Source: Candidatus Methanomethylicia archaeon
Lineage (GTDB): Archaea; Thermoproteota; Methanomethylicia; Nezhaarchaeales; B40-G2
NCBI GenBank assembly: GCA_029259155.1
Contig: JAPDJI010000020.1
Span: 32,001 to 96,000 of the forward strand
DNA length: 64,000 nt
Direction: 5' to 3'
A program made the translations under genes and the position numbers. Under the pieces are notes generated by a model. It was not told the DNA's origin. It saw only the letters and a list, made by a program, of their open reading frames with translations, and searched no databases. Positions 1 to 10,513 of this stretch are shown here, piece by piece. The stretch's first letter is position 1. Every line of letters begins with the position of its first letter.

Positions 1-246
1 AGGGCCTATGCCCAGCTGCATGAGAGTGCCGTTCCTAGCAGCGAAGATAATGTTCATGAACAAGAACTCTGCCAGTCGGCCGCGCTCCGCTATCCCGAAG
101 AGAGGGACCTGGCACATGATGAAGTATATGGTCAGCACCATGCCTGTCCAGAACAGCTTAGTCCTGAAACTAACCCTGCGTTTAGGCCTCTTTACCTCAG
201 GGAGGAAGCGTAAGGTGGGTTCAATGAGCTCTAATGCTTTAGCCAT
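1..246 (-). CDS. secY: Preprotein translocase SecY (5' part, truncated by window edge)
   Basis: Manual translation from ATG at 246: MAKALELIEPTLRFLPEVKRPKRRVSFRTKLFWTG...GTLMQLGIGP; follows uL15 as in the spc operon. Not in the ORF track. Confidence 0.93.
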   Translation of the reverse strand, partial: MAKALELIEPTLRFLPEVKRPKRRVSFRTKLFWTGMVLTIYFIMCQVPLFGIAERGRLAEFLFMNIIFAARNGTLMQLGIGP

Positions 247-259
247 CGCTCACCGACCA

Positions 260-706
260 TCAGGGGCCCTGAATCACCTGTCCTCCAGCAGCCTTTATCT
301 TCTCCATAGCCCTCTCCGTGAATGATTGAGCCTTAACCACCAAAGGCCTCGTAACCCTACCTTCACCCAACACTTTCAGGAAGCCCAGTTTAAAGCCGTC
401 TAGTAGAGGCTTACCTTCATAGGTCTCAAGAAGACCTTCCTTATCCATCCTATTAGCCAGCTCCTCAAGCTGGCTTACGTTAACCTCAGGGTAACGCCAC
501 GTCACTTCAAGAGGACGCTTGAAACCTCTCTTACCGAAGTAGCCCCTCGCATACTTCAACACCCAGCTCCACTTATGCTTATGCATCCCTGCATGTCCCC
601 TCCCACCCTTCCTACCGCTCCTCCTATGCTGAGCTATCCTACCCCAGCCGCAGCTACGCGTCCCCCTGTACTTCCTTGAAGCCTTCTTCCGCCGTGGAAT
701 ATACAC
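260..706 (-). CDS. rpl15: 50S ribosomal protein uL15
   Basis: RGTRSCGWG..GGRGHAG and KVLGEG motifs; upstream of secY. Confidence 0.96.
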   Translation of the reverse strand: MYIPRRKKASRKYRGTRSCGWGRIAQHRRSGRKGGRGHAGMHKHKWSWVLKYARGYFGKRGFKRPLEVTWRYPEVNVSQLEELANRMDKEGLLETYEGKPLLDGFKLGFLKVLGEGRVTRPLVVKAQSFTERAMEKIKAAGGQVIQGP

Positions 707-750
707 AGCGAAAACCTCCGCTATCGAGGGGGACCGGAGGGTTAAAGAGA

Positions 751-1323
751 TTACTCTACCACGATCCTCGTCCCGCGCTCCCTGCCCTTCTCCAGCTTCT
801 CCAGCTTAACCTCCAATACACCATTCTTATAGGAAGCCTTAGCCGTATCAGGCTTTACGCGTGCAGGGAGCTTAACCTCCTTGTAGTACTTACGCCGCTC
901 CGTGTCCACCGAGATAACCAGCTCATCCTCAGAGGCGTGGAGCTTAATGTCCTCTTTATTAACACCCGGAAGCTCTGCGTAAACCTTAATGTAATCCCCC
1001 TCGTCCATCACGTCTACTAAAGGCTCCGTCTCCTCCTGGATCATAGGGCCCTTGGGCGTCGGCCTAACGTTACCGAACTCCCTAACCACCGGTTTACCGT
1101 CAGGGCCTACGGTAACGCTAAAGCCATAGATAAAAGGCCCCTGCTGCTTCTCGCTGGGAAGCTTAGCGAATTCACGTTCAAAGATACGAGACATCATCTC
1201 CTCCATGCGCTCAAATTCACGTTCAAACTCGTCGAATATATCGAACCACCAGCGCCTACGCCTCCTACTACTCCACTCATCGAACAAGCTCTTCACCACA
1301 CAAGCCTTCCGCGCCAGCTTCAT
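751..1323 (-). CDS. hsp20: Small heat-shock protein Hsp20 (true start likely ~1288-1297)
   Basis: Alpha-crystallin domain (AELPGV, YKNGVLEV) and archaeal YGFSVTVGPDGKP segment. Confidence 0.93.
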   Translation of the reverse strand: MKLARKACVVKSLFDEWSSRRRRRWWFDIFDEFEREFERMEEMMSRIFEREFAKLPSEKQQGPFIYGFSVTVGPDGKPVVREFGNVRPTPKGPMIQEETEPLVDVMDEGDYIKVYAELPGVNKEDIKLHASEDELVISVDTERRKYYKEVKLPARVKPDTAKASYKNGVLEVKLEKLEKGRERGTRIVVE

Positions 1324-1429
1324 AAACTTACCTCTACCTCAGAAACTCCATAAACTCATGATTTGTCCTCTACGATGTCTCGTCCCTCACCTTATTAGCT
1401 ACCTTATAGTAATCCCTCGTCCTTTGATT

Positions 1430-2909
1430 TTAAATTCTCTTCCTCGTCAAGAAATCCTTCGTCCTTAACAGCCTCACCGGGTATGGGTGAGTCCAAGAAT
1501 ATGCCTTCCTTAATGCCATGCACCTTCTATTAAGCTCCATAAACTCTGCCATTAACATCGTAGGCGGGTTTTGAAACACGATCCTTCTGACCGAACGATC
1601 CTCAACGTCCCTTATATTTCGGTAACCATACTCCAACGAACCTACAAAGCTTCTTGGAAGAAGCTCTGTTATGTCCACCGCTCTCTCCAACGTGACCTTG
1701 GCGGATAGCCTATTATATTGGTTCAATTCGAGGGAAAACTTCCTTCCTCAGTTAACGTTGCTTGAATGTAATATCTCTATATATCATCACGCATATGTTT
1801 AAGGTCCACGAAAGGCTGATTGATCGTTTTTGAGCCGTAAGGCGCCCCGATGGCATCCAGTAGCCTCCCAATGAGGGGGTCAGCATAGGAAACTAGGACT
1901 TTGTGAGCCTTAAAGGGGCCGCTAAAGCCTCCACCTAACTCTTCAACCCTACATTTTAGGTAGTGATGTAAAACTGGGTCACTATTATAGTACTCTATGC
2001 TCTTAGTCTTCGTCCTCGTATAACCTTCGTTAATGATGTGGATAGCCATTTTAAAGAGGCTGGGATTGTTAAGGTCGATGGGATAATTTGGGTTAATAAT
2101 GGCCAGCCTTTTCTCAAGCTCGACATAAGGTATCTTAAGGTCTTCACATAGCTTCTTTAAAGTCCCCACTTCAATAGGCTTTACACGTTCTTCCTTTGAA
2201 AGGTATGTATAGTAGTCATACCATGTCTTTAGTAGACTTAGTGTCTTCAATATGTAACTTCGTAAGCTTTTTTCACCGATTTCCTTGATTTTCTCAGCTA
2301 CGAGTTCTTTGAGCTTCTTCACATCGACGTTATGGGCAATATTAGCGGGCTCCTGCCACCAATGATAAAAGCGGCTCAAGATGTCGATGAGGTCTTGCTC
2401 CTCAAGCCTATGAAGACGTCGAGCCGTTGGTTCACTTAAGATGGAAGTCAACGTCTCCATAAAACTGCCCTTCCACTTAGCTTTGATGACCTCAGCAGCC
2501 TCAACGTCATCGAGCATCAGGTAAGTCAGGGCGTCGCTTAACATTCTACTCTCTGTAATTGATAGAGTGTTTTTGACCTCCCTGATCTCCTTTATCTCCC
2601 CTGTACGCCAATCTATCCTATATACCGGTTTGCCTTGACGTAAAGCATATTCAATCTCATTAGCAACCCCAGCCGTAACGAAGCCACCGAGATCACCATA
2701 AATAACTAAGTCGCATGTATCGATTAATTGGAAGAAGAAGTCCATGTCTCCATGAGAGATCCCCCGTCAAATCTTGGAAATCTGCTCGGGTTTACCACTT
2801 CAGCGTTAGGGAAGAATTTCTTGATTAACTCCACTTCCTTACGCTCACGAATAGTGTCGTAAGTTTCTACTGGATGAGCGTAATAGACCTTTAACAACTC
2901 TTCTCTCAA
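1430..2909 (-). pseudogene. Disrupted gene: N-terminal nucleoside 2-deoxyribosyltransferase-like domain plus C-terminal LAGLIDADG-like region
   Basis: Three ORF pieces (2724-2909, 1777-2745, 1430-1726) join via a frameshift near 2750, an in-frame TAG at 1777-1779 (read-through gives DI*RYYIQATLTEEGSF) and a frameshift near 1735. NDT-like YYAHP..NP..DLVI..GVANEIEYA..GKPV; LAGLIDADG-like HIINEG and ATLTEEG motifs. Confidence 0.6.
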
Positions 2910-3169
2910 CCTTCGTCCAATTCTTCTTCCTCTTCTTCAGGCTTGACTATCGTGAACTCGTACCTTCTACCTACGGGAGTACTTGAGACTATGATAAGCC
3001 CTCTATTGAAGGCTTCATTCCATATATCTTCAATTTCCTCGTCGGTGTACCCCTTCGCCTGTAGGTAAGGCTTGAACTCACGTTCAAGTATCCAAGACTT
3101 ATTGAAGTGCTTGAAAAGCATGTCTATGATGTCCCTCAACTCCTCATCAGTAAAGCTCCTCCCACCCAC
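2906..3169 (-). CDS. Small acidic hypothetical protein (possible winged-helix fold)
   Basis: 87-aa ORF with helical pattern and Glu-rich tail; stop overlaps the start of the pseudogene. Confidence 0.65.
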   Translation of the reverse strand: MGGRSFTDEELRDIIDMLFKHFNKSWILEREFKPYLQAKGYTDEEIEDIWNEAFNRGLIIVSSTPVGRRYEFTIVKPEEEEEELDEG

Positions 3170-3258
3170 ACAGCTCGCCCACCATCAACTAAGCTACAAG
3201 CCTTAAAAACCCCGCTAATCGCCTCCAAGGCCACAAACCTCGAAGAGATGAAAAGATA

Positions 3259-3333
3259 TGCGGCCGCCGGGATTTGAACCCGGGCCACTAGCTCGGGAGG
3301 CTAGGGTCCTAGACCAGGCTAGACAACGGCCGC
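3259..3333 (-). tRNA. tRNA-Gly(CCC), no intron
   Basis: GCGGCCG acceptor, CTAGC-CTCCCGA-GCTAG anticodon arm, GGTTCAAATCC T arm. Confidence 0.96.
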
Positions 3334-3648
3334 CGTCCTGCGTAGTTACCCGCTTCTTTTGGGCTTATTAATTTTTCATTATTGGGTGTCTTCATTGCCT
3401 TATCTTGCTGGGTGTGGGCTGGCCTTGGACTTGGAGCGGATGCAGCTGTGGGGGGTTGCTTTCACGTGGAGCTTGATGTAAAGAAGTTGATGGGGATTTA
3501 TCGTGTTTGAACATCGTGCTTGGCTGGCTGTTTATTAATTTGACGTCTACGTTGAGGCTAAGGGCTCTACGTGTTTAGGTCCCGCTAGGACATCTCTCTT
3601 TTTCCGCATATCTTTAACAAAGAGCATTCTCCTTTATGGAGGGGGCAA

Positions 3649-3722
3649 TGGGCCGGCCCGGACTCGAACCGGGGACCAACCGCGCGTCAGGCGGTTATCC
3701 TAACCAGCTAGACGACCGGCCC
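3649..3722 (-). tRNA. tRNA-Val(GAC), no intron
   Basis: GGGCCGG acceptor, ACCGC-CTGACGC-GCGGT anticodon arm, GGTTCGAGTCC T arm. Confidence 0.96.
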
Positions 3723-3842
3723 TGTCATGAAGGGAGGGGGAGGCTCCTATATAGCCTTAACCTTTCCATTTATCCGTTAGGGGTGTTGGTTTCGCTTCGT
3801 TAGTTTTTGTGCCAGGTTTAATTTTCTATTCACTAACACGTA

Positions 3843-4640
3843 ATGCATATATCCTTGAGTCTTAGGTTTAGTTTGGTTGAGGTTATGCCTGTGGAGAGAG
3901 TTGAGACCGGAATTCCAGGTATGGATCAGGTGTTGAGGGGCGGTTTGCCGAGGCGCAACGTGGTTTTGCTTTCAGGTGGTCCAGGGACGGGTAAGTCGAT
4001 TTTTGGTCAACAGTTCCTCTACAACGGCCTCCTTAGAGGAGAGGCGGGGGTTTTCGTAGCTCTTGAGGAGCACCCGGTACAGGTGCGGCTGCTTATGTCT
4101 CAGTTCGGCTGGGATGTTAAGGAGTTTGAGGCTAAAGGCAGCTTCGCTATAGTTGACGCCTTCACCGCAGGGATAGGGGAGGCTGCTAAGAGAGAGCGCT
4201 ATGTGGTCAAGTCGGTGGATGACTTCCCCTCCCTCATAGATATGCTTAGGCTAGCGGTTAAGGAGGTTGGAGCTGAACGCGTAGTGGTGGACTCGGTTAC
4301 GACTCTCTACATCACTAAGCCAGCCATGGCCCGAGGCATGGTAATGCAGCTCAAACGCGTATTATCCGGGCTAGGTTGTACCTCCTTCCTCATCTCTCAG
4401 GTCAGCGTGACGGAGAGGGGGTTTGGAGGGCCTGGTGTAGAGCATGCAGCAGACGGTATCATAAGGCTTGACCTGGACGAGATCGATGGCAGGCTTTACC
4501 GTAGCCTCATAGTTTGGAAGATGAGGGGCACCGCCCACTCTATGGCTAGGCATCCCTTCGAGATAACGGATAAGGGCATAATAATATACCCTGACAGGCA
4601 CCTCTCGGTATCGAGAAAAGCTTCGTCGGAGGCTGATTAA
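3843..4640 (+). CDS. KaiC-like RecA-superfamily ATPase (start likely 3885)
   Basis: TGIPGMD, Walker [27 protein letters not shown]. Confidence 0.92.
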   Translation: MHISLSLRFSLVEVMPVERVETGIPGMDQVLRGGLPRRNVVLLSGGPGTGKSIFGQQFLYNGLLRGEAGVFVALEEHPVQVRLLMSQFGWDVKEFEAKGSFAIVDAFTAGIGEAAKRERYVVKSVDDFPSLIDMLRLAVKEVGAERVVVDSVTTLYITKPAMARGMVMQLKRVLSGLGCTSFLISQVSVTERGFGGPGVEHAADGIIRLDLDEIDGRLYRSLIVWKMRGTAHSMARHPFEITDKGIIIYPDRHLSVSRKASSEAD

Positions 4641-4642
4641 GG

Positions 4643-5095
4643 ATGAGCGGGGAAATATCCCTCTCTCCTGTCGGTAGGGAGGAGATCCATAAGCTTGAGG
4701 CCGCCCTCCTCGTAGGCACATTGTTTAGGCCAGAGGTGTTGCAGGCCTTAAAGGACCCTGCCGAGCGCTTGACATGGGTTGACTCGCTGGCGGTGGCCGC
4801 TGCAGCCTTGGCTAGGTCGAAGGCGAGGATGAGCGTGTCAGAGATAGCGGAGGAGCTAGGTAGGACGGAGGCTACGATAAGGAGCCACCTTACTGGGAAG
4901 ACTAAGGCTGGTCAACTCGTCCAGCAGACCTATGAGAAGTTCCTTCGCGAAGGCGTTAAGATAGAGATGGCTGCGGAGGAGACTGAGCTGAGAAGGATGC
5001 TCGAAGAGGAGAGGCGTAGACGAGAGGAGGTTGAGAGTAGGCTTAAAAGGGTGAGGGAGGCGCTCAACGAGCTTGTAAAAGAGCTTGGAGAATAA
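4643..5095 (+). CDS. Predicted HTH transcriptional regulator associated with archaeal KaiC-like ATPases
   Basis: ERLTWVDSLAVAA motif, HTH IAEELGRTEATIRSHL, C-terminal coiled coil. Confidence 0.85.
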   Translation: MSGEISLSPVGREEIHKLEAALLVGTLFRPEVLQALKDPAERLTWVDSLAVAAAALARSKARMSVSEIAEELGRTEATIRSHLTGKTKAGQLVQQTYEKFLREGVKIEMAAEETELRRMLEEERRRREEVESRLKRVREALNELVKELGE

Positions 5096-5098
5096 GCC

Positions 5099-8000
5099 AT
5101 GAAGGCTCTGTTCAAACAGGCATGTCCCAACTGTAGAGGCGATATAAGCGATGATAGGCTTCTAGCCGGTCTACCCTGCCATCGCTGCTTAGACGAGGAA
5201 GAAGCCGCCGAGCTGCTTAAAAAAGTGGAGGAAGGACAGGACCTTAAGAAGCTAGTTTTAGAGGCCCTTGAAGGCAAAGGTAGGCTTAAGCACTACGCGG
5301 AGGTGGCTAAGCCCCAGTTCAAGGCAGAGGAGTTTAACAACTTCTTTAAGAAAGCGCTAGGCCTACCGCTTTGGAGCGCTCAGCGAACATGGGCTAAGCG
5401 TGTTTTAACGGGTAGGAGCTTTGCTATCGTAGCGCCCACAGGGGTTGGCAAGACAGTCTTCGGCTTAGCTATGGCAGCCTACCTCGCCTCTAAAGGCGAG
5501 AAATGCTACGTGGTTTCACCGACGACTTTACTCATAGAGCAGGCTCGTAGAAGGATGGAGGAGATCCTCGAAGCCTCCGGCTTAAAGCAGTTGAAGGTAG
5601 CTTACTACTCAACAGCTCTTCATAGGGCAGAGAAGATAGAGGAGGCCGACCGGATAAAGAAGGGAGACTTCGATATATTGATAACCACCTCCAGCTTCTT
5701 GGCCAGAAACTTCGAGGAGCTTAAACGTAGAAGGTTCGGGTTCATCTTCGTGGATGACGTAGACGCCATTCTTAAGGCGTCTAAAAACATCGATAGGGTC
5801 CTCGTCCTCCTAGGCTTTAAGGAGGAGGACGTGGAGAAGGCCCTAGAGCTCTTAAAGCTTAGGGGAGAGCTTGCTAGAGCTTTGAGACGTCGTGAAGAGT
5901 CAGCGGTGGAGGAGCTTAGAGGAAGGTATGAGCAGCTCAGCAAGGAGGTAGCTAGGCGTCTTAAGAGAAGGAAGCCAGGGCTGCTTGTGGTATCCACGGC
6001 TACCGGCAGAGCCAGGGGGATTAGGGTCAAGCTATTCCGAGAGCTACTAGGCTTTGAGGTGGGTTCGAGGGCTGAGGCCATAAGGAACATTCAGGACATA
6101 TACCTTAAGCCTAAGGAGAACCTGGATGAAGAGGTTGCCGAGCTGGCTAAAAAGCTTGGGCCTGGAGGCTTAGTCTTCATCCCCCTCGATAGAGGGGTTG
6201 AGAGCGCTGACCGCATAGCTAAGATGTTAGCGAAGAAAGGGGTCAAGGCTGAGGTAGTGTACGCTAAAGGCAAGAAGGAGAGGATAGCTGCCTTCGCCAA
6301 GGGCGAGGTAGACGTCCTCATAGGCATGGCCAGCTACTACGGCCTCCTCGTCAGGGGCTTAGACCTCCCTGAAAGGGTGCGTTACGCTATCTTCGCAGGC
6401 GTGCCTAAGATGAGATTTAGCCTAGAGGTTAAGGAGGCCTACCCCTCAAGGGTGCTTCAACTGCTCCTCGACGTGAAAGATGCCTTAACGGGAGACGAAC
6501 AAGTAACAGCGCTTCGACTGATCGGCAGGGTTAGGAGGCTGCTTTGGAGGCTTACACCAGCTAGCTTCAGGGAGCTTAAGGAAGCCTTAGAGAAGGGCGT
6601 GGAGCCTCCGAGTTGGCTTAAACAAGCTTACTCAACGGTTAAGGAAGCTGCCGACTTCCTGTTTCAAGCCCTCTCCCGAAGCGAAGTTAGGGAGAAGTTG
6701 AGGAAGTCTACCCACCTATCCTTCACCGAGGAGGAAGGAAGAGTAACTGTCACTGTCCCAGACGTCCCCACTTACATTCAAGCTTCAGGCAGGACCTCAA
6801 GGATGTACGCTGGAGGAGTCTCAAAGGGAGTCTCCATCGTGGTGGTAGACGACGAAAAAGTGTTTACAGGATTAGCTAGACAAACGAGGTGGCTGGCGGA
6901 TGAAGTCAGATGGGTTAGCTTAGAGGAGGTGGACCTTAAAGGGTTAATGAAGGAGGTGGACGATGACCGAGAACGCGTAAGGAGGCTTTTAAGCGGCGAA
7001 GTTAAGGCGGAAGGCTTCGACCCTGTTAAGTCGGTGCTTTTGATAGTTGAGTCACCGACTAAGGCCAAGACCATAGCGGGCTTCTTCGGTAAGCCTTCAA
7101 GGAGGAGGCTGGGCGAGGTTACAGCCTACGAGGTAGGCACAGGGAAGTACATATTGAACGTGGTGGCTACAGGAGGCCACGTCTACGACCTCGTCCCTGA
7201 GGGAGGCTACTATGGAGTTAAACGTGAAGAAGACAGGTTCATCCCCATATACTCCTCCATTAAGAGATGCCTATCCTGCGGAGAACAGTTCGTGGGTCAC
7301 GCTAAATGCCCGGTTTGCGGCGGCGATAAGCTTCGAGACGCTTGGCGTACCATAGAGGCCCTTAGAAACCTAGCCGGCGAATTCGACTTAACCTATTTAG
7401 GCACTGACCCTGATAACGAAGGAGAGAAGATAAGCTGGGATATAGCCTGCTCGCTGAGGCCATACTCTAACATCCTTAAGAGGGTGGAGTTCCACGAGGT
7501 AACAAGGCCAGCCCTACTACGAGCCCTAGAGGAGCTCAGGGACATTAAGGAGGGCTTCGTGGAAGCTAACATAGTTAGGAGGATTGAGGATCGATGGATA
7601 GGCTTCGAGCTCAGCCATAGACTGTGGAAGAAGTTTGGAAGCAAACATCTCTCAGCTGGCCGAGTTCAGACACCGGTGTTAGGCTGGATCATCGAGAGGT
7701 TTGAGGAGTTTAAGCGTAGCCGACGCCTAGTGTACGACGTAGACCTAAGCGTCAACTACAGGTTAACCTTGGACACGGTGCCAAGCAACCTAAGCCCAGA
7801 GCAAGTGGTAGAGAGGCTTCGACAAGCCACATGTAAGGTAGTTGAAAAGGAGGAGGTTGAAGAGGAGGTCTCACCCCAACCCCCCTTCACCACCGACGCC
7901 TTACTCAAAGAAGCCTCCGCCAGGCTTAGGATGGGGGCGGCAGAGACCATGTCGCTGGCCCAAGACCTCTTCGAGCTCGGTTTAATAACGTATCATAGGA

Positions 8001-8767
8001 CAGATAATACGAGAGTCTCAGCCACAGGTAGGCAGATAGCCAAGGAATACGTTAAGGAGCACTTCGGCGAAGAGCTTTACCAAGCAAGAGAATGGCCTGG
8101 TGAAGGAGCACATGAATGCATTAGGCCTACTAGGCCGCTGGACGTGGAACAGCTGCGCACCCTCGTCGAGACCGAGGCGTTGATGTTAACGAAAAGGCCT
8201 ACTAGAAGGCATTACGCCCTCTACGACCTAATCTTCAGAAGGTTCATAGCAAGCCAGATGTCTAGAGCTAGGGTTAAGAGGCTTAAAGCCAAACTGGACA
8301 TAGCAGGTTTTGCCAAGGAAGTAGAGGGAGTAGTTGACATACTGGAGCCTGGCTTCACGCTCATCTATAGGCCTCCATGGTACATCCTTCCACCCGGCCT
8401 GGAAGGCGCAAGAGTGGTTAACGTAAGCAAGAGGGAGACAGCCACCATCCTACCCTTCACGCAGGGAGAGGTGATAGCGTTGATGAAGGAGAAGGGCATC
8501 GGTAGACCATCCACCTACGCTAAGATCATAGATACCCTCCTAAAACGCAAGTATGTGGTGGAGTCTAAGACGGGGAGGCTTATACCCACATCGAGAGGTC
8601 TTAAGGTCTACAGCTACCTATCCTCCACCTTCGGGGAGCTCGTATCGGAGAGGCGTACCGCCTTACTGGAAAGCTTAATGGATATGATAGAGCGCGGTGA
8701 AGCCGATTACCAAGCCATCCTCGAGGAGCTATACTCAGAGATGAAGCATCTACCTCGATACGCTTAG
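5099..8767 (+). CDS. rgy: Reverse gyrase
   Basis: N-terminal CPNC zinc finger, helicase-like APTGVGKT/DDVD/QASGRTSR, topo IA VESPTKA, SAGRVQTP, ITYHRTD, GIGRPSTY. Confidence 0.98.
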   Translation: MKALFKQACPNCRGDISDDRLLAGLPCHRCLDEEEAAELLKKVEEGQDLKKLVLEALEGKGRLKHYAEVAKPQFKAEEFNNFFKKALGLPLWSAQRTWAKRVLTGRSFAIVAPTGVGKTVFGLAMAAYLASKGEKCYVVSPTTLLIEQARRRMEEILEASGLKQLKVAYYSTALHRAEKIEEADRIKKGDFDILITTSSFLARNFEELKRRRFGFIFVDDVDAILKASKNIDRVLVLLGFKEEDVEKALELLKLRGELARALRRREESAVEELRGRYEQLSKEVARRLKRRKPGLLVVSTATGRARGIRVKLFRELLGFEVGSRAEAIRNIQDIYLKPKENLDEEVAELAKKLGPGGLVFIPLDRGVESADRIAKMLAKKGVKAEVVYAKGKKERIAAFAKGEVDVLIGMASYYGLLVRGLDLPERVRYAIFAGVPKMRFSLEVKEAYPSRVLQLLLDVKDALTGDEQVTALRLIGRVRRLLWRLTPASFRELKEALEKGVEPPSWLKQAYSTVKEAADFLFQALSRSEVREKLRKSTHLSFTEEEGRVTVTVPDVPTYIQASGRTSRMYAGGVSKGVSIVVVDDEKVFTGLARQTRWLADEVRWVSLEEVDLKGLMKEVDDDRERVRRLLSGEVKAEGFDPVKSVLLIVESPTKAKTIAGFFGKPSRRRLGEVTAYEVGTGKYILNVVATGGHVYDLVPEGGYYGVKREEDRFIPIYSSIKRCLSCGEQFVGHAKCPVCGGDKLRDAWRTIEALRNLAGEFDLTYLGTDPDNEGEKISWDIACSLRPYSNILKRVEFHEVTRPALLRALEELRDIKEGFVEANIVRRIEDRWIGFELSHRLWKKFGSKHLSAGRVQTPVLGWIIERFEEFKRSRRLVYDVDLSVNYRLTLDTVPSNLSPEQVVERLRQATCKVVEKEEVEEEVSPQPPFTTDALLKEASARLRMGAAETMSLAQDLFELGLITYHRTDNTRVSATGRQIAKEYVKEHFGEELYQAREWPGEGAHECIRPTRPLDVEQLRTLVETEALMLTKRPTRRHYALYDLIFRRFIASQMSRARVKRLKAKLDIAGFAKEVEGVVDILEPGFTLIYRPPWYILPPGLEGARVVNVSKRETATILPFTQGEVIALMKEKGIGRPSTYAKIIDTLLKRKYVVESKTGRLIPTSRGLKVYSYLSSTFGELVSERRTALLESLMDMIERGEADYQAILEELYSEMKHLPRYA

Positions 8768-9903
8768 AGCAGGAAGGACGCGATGCGAGCCTTAAGGCTA
8801 CCATGCATCACCGACCTACTCCATAAAACCTCCACGCCGACCTTTGAGGCCGCCTTGAGGAAACTGTCGTAAGAAGCTGTTATCAAAGTCACTCTTGCTC
8901 CACGAGCAGCCTCCTTTAAGCTACGGAGAAGTTTAAGGTAAAAATCAGCGATCCTTTTAAGCGAAGGCCCCGACCTCACGCCGTAGGGAGGGTTCAAGAC
9001 CAGGTAGGCAGGTTGATAGTCTAGAATCTCCCTCAGCCTAAGCGCATCGCCAACCTCCAGCTTAATCGTGTCATCGACGCCCGCCGACCTAGCATTAAGC
9101 ATAGCTCCCTGGACATGCTTAGCTGAGCAGTCTAAGCCGTGAATAGGGTACGCCTCAAAGTTAATGCCCTCAGCCAAGTCCTCCGCAACCACAGCTTCGA
9201 GCTCCTTATCTATGAAGCAAAGCTTCCGGTAGGCAAACGTCTTCCTGTAAATCCCTGGAGGCACCTTTCTAGCCATTAAGGCAGCCTCGATAACTATAGT
9301 CCCTCCCCCACACATAGGGTCTAAGAGAGGAGCAGTATCTTGCCAGCCGCTTAACTTAAGCATAGAGGCAGCTATAGTACTCCTCAAAGCAGCAGGGTGG
9401 TCGTATACCCTATAGTTCCTCATATGTAAAGAGGGGCCTGTAAGGTCTATGCCTAGCGTGAAGTCGTTTTCCTTAAGCATACATTGGATCACGACGTCAG
9501 GGTCGTCGAGGTTTACCTTAAGCCTCGACCCCTTTAAGGCCATGTACGTGTCTATTACTGCCTGCCCTACCTTCGAAGCCACGTCGAGGCTTGTGAAGCT
9601 ATGCTTGCCTTTCCTCTCAGCTCTAACAGCAAAGCTCTGGGCTGGTTCAATAAAGCTTGGATAGTCCACCGCAGCCGCCGTACGGTAAACCTCTTCCAAG
9701 CTCTCTATCGTTGACCTAACAAGGATGAGCACTACTCTATGAAGCATTCTAGAGGCGAGGTTAAGCTTAATGGCTCCCTTGAGGCTTGACTCAAAGAAAA
9801 CCCTCCCAAGGCCTACTGATGCTTTGACCCCTAACAGCTCCTCTACCTCCCTAGCAGCTACGTCCTCCAACCCTCTGTTCGTAGTGGCGTAGAAGCTGAA
9901 CAA
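8764..9903 (-). CDS. trm14: THUMP-domain tRNA (guanine(6)-N2) methyltransferase Trm14-like
   Basis: THUMP domain + LLDPMCGGGT + NPPYG. Start moved to TTG at 9903 because the track's extension overlaps tRNA-Ala. Confidence 0.85.
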   Translation of the reverse strand: MFSFYATTNRGLEDVAAREVEELLGVKASVGLGRVFFESSLKGAIKLNLASRMLHRVVLILVRSTIESLEEVYRTAAAVDYPSFIEPAQSFAVRAERKGKHSFTSLDVASKVGQAVIDTYMALKGSRLKVNLDDPDVVIQCMLKENDFTLGIDLTGPSLHMRNYRVYDHPAALRSTIAASMLKLSGWQDTAPLLDPMCGGGTIVIEAALMARKVPPGIYRKTFAYRKLCFIDKELEAVVAEDLAEGINFEAYPIHGLDCSAKHVQGAMLNARSAGVDDTIKLEVGDALRLREILDYQPAYLVLNPPYGVRSGPSLKRIADFYLKLLRSLKEAARGARVTLITASYDSFLKAASKVGVEVLWSRSVMHGSLKARIASFLL

Positions 9904-10029
9904 GCATCCACACCGAGGCTGGGCAGTAATATGAGGTTGGTGGTTAAAAACAACTACTTCAAGCACTGGCAACCGGGATGAAGCGAAGAAATTTAAAAGA
10001 AGATACGTAATCCACATACCTTGCCTAAA

Positions 10030-10104
10030 GGGCCGGTAGTTCAGGGGTAGAATACCCGCCTTGCGAGCGGGTGGTCGCGGGTTCAAGTCCCGCCCGGTCC
10101 ACCA
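10030..10104 (+). tRNA. tRNA-Ala(TGC), encoded CCA, no intron
   Basis: GGGCCGG/CCGGTCC acceptor with G3:U70, CCCGC-CTTGCGA-GCGGG anticodon arm. Confidence 0.97.
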
Positions 10105-10513
10105 TTTTACGTGGATGTAAGAGTTGAAGTTTAAAGACTTGTTCCAAGTTGCATGGGTTTTTACAACAGTTTTTTCATAGAATTATCCAACAGCCAGGAA
10201 AACCTGTTGACTGAGCTGAACATGTTTGAGGTTAGATCATTTGATTAGGATACCAGGCTTATGGTCCTCGAGCACCTGAGGCAGGAGCAGTTAAAGGTCC
10301 CTCTACCCATCTCACATCGAGTTTAGCGAGACCAAAGTAGCTCTTGCCATCTCTATACACTACATCAAAGTAAGTTAAAGCTCAAAGTTAGGCTAATGCT
10401 ACAACTATAATTACCCAACCTGACTTTGAGGATGAAAAGCGATGTAGAGACAGATTAAAGGAGTAGGTTTAAAGTTCCCTCTGCTCAAGGTCCTGGGCGA
10501 GGTTGCTAGGCTA

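Noticed and set aside
1330-3260. Intact integrated element at tRNA-Gly
   Set aside because: No integrase and no duplicated tRNA 3' end found.
5620-7950. Numerous Ser/Leu-rich antisense ORFs here and throughout the window
   Set aside because: Shadows of well-supported genes on the opposite strand.
9904-10086. N-terminal extension of the Trm14 ORF
   Set aside because: Overlaps tRNA-Ala and its promoter; spurious upstream start.
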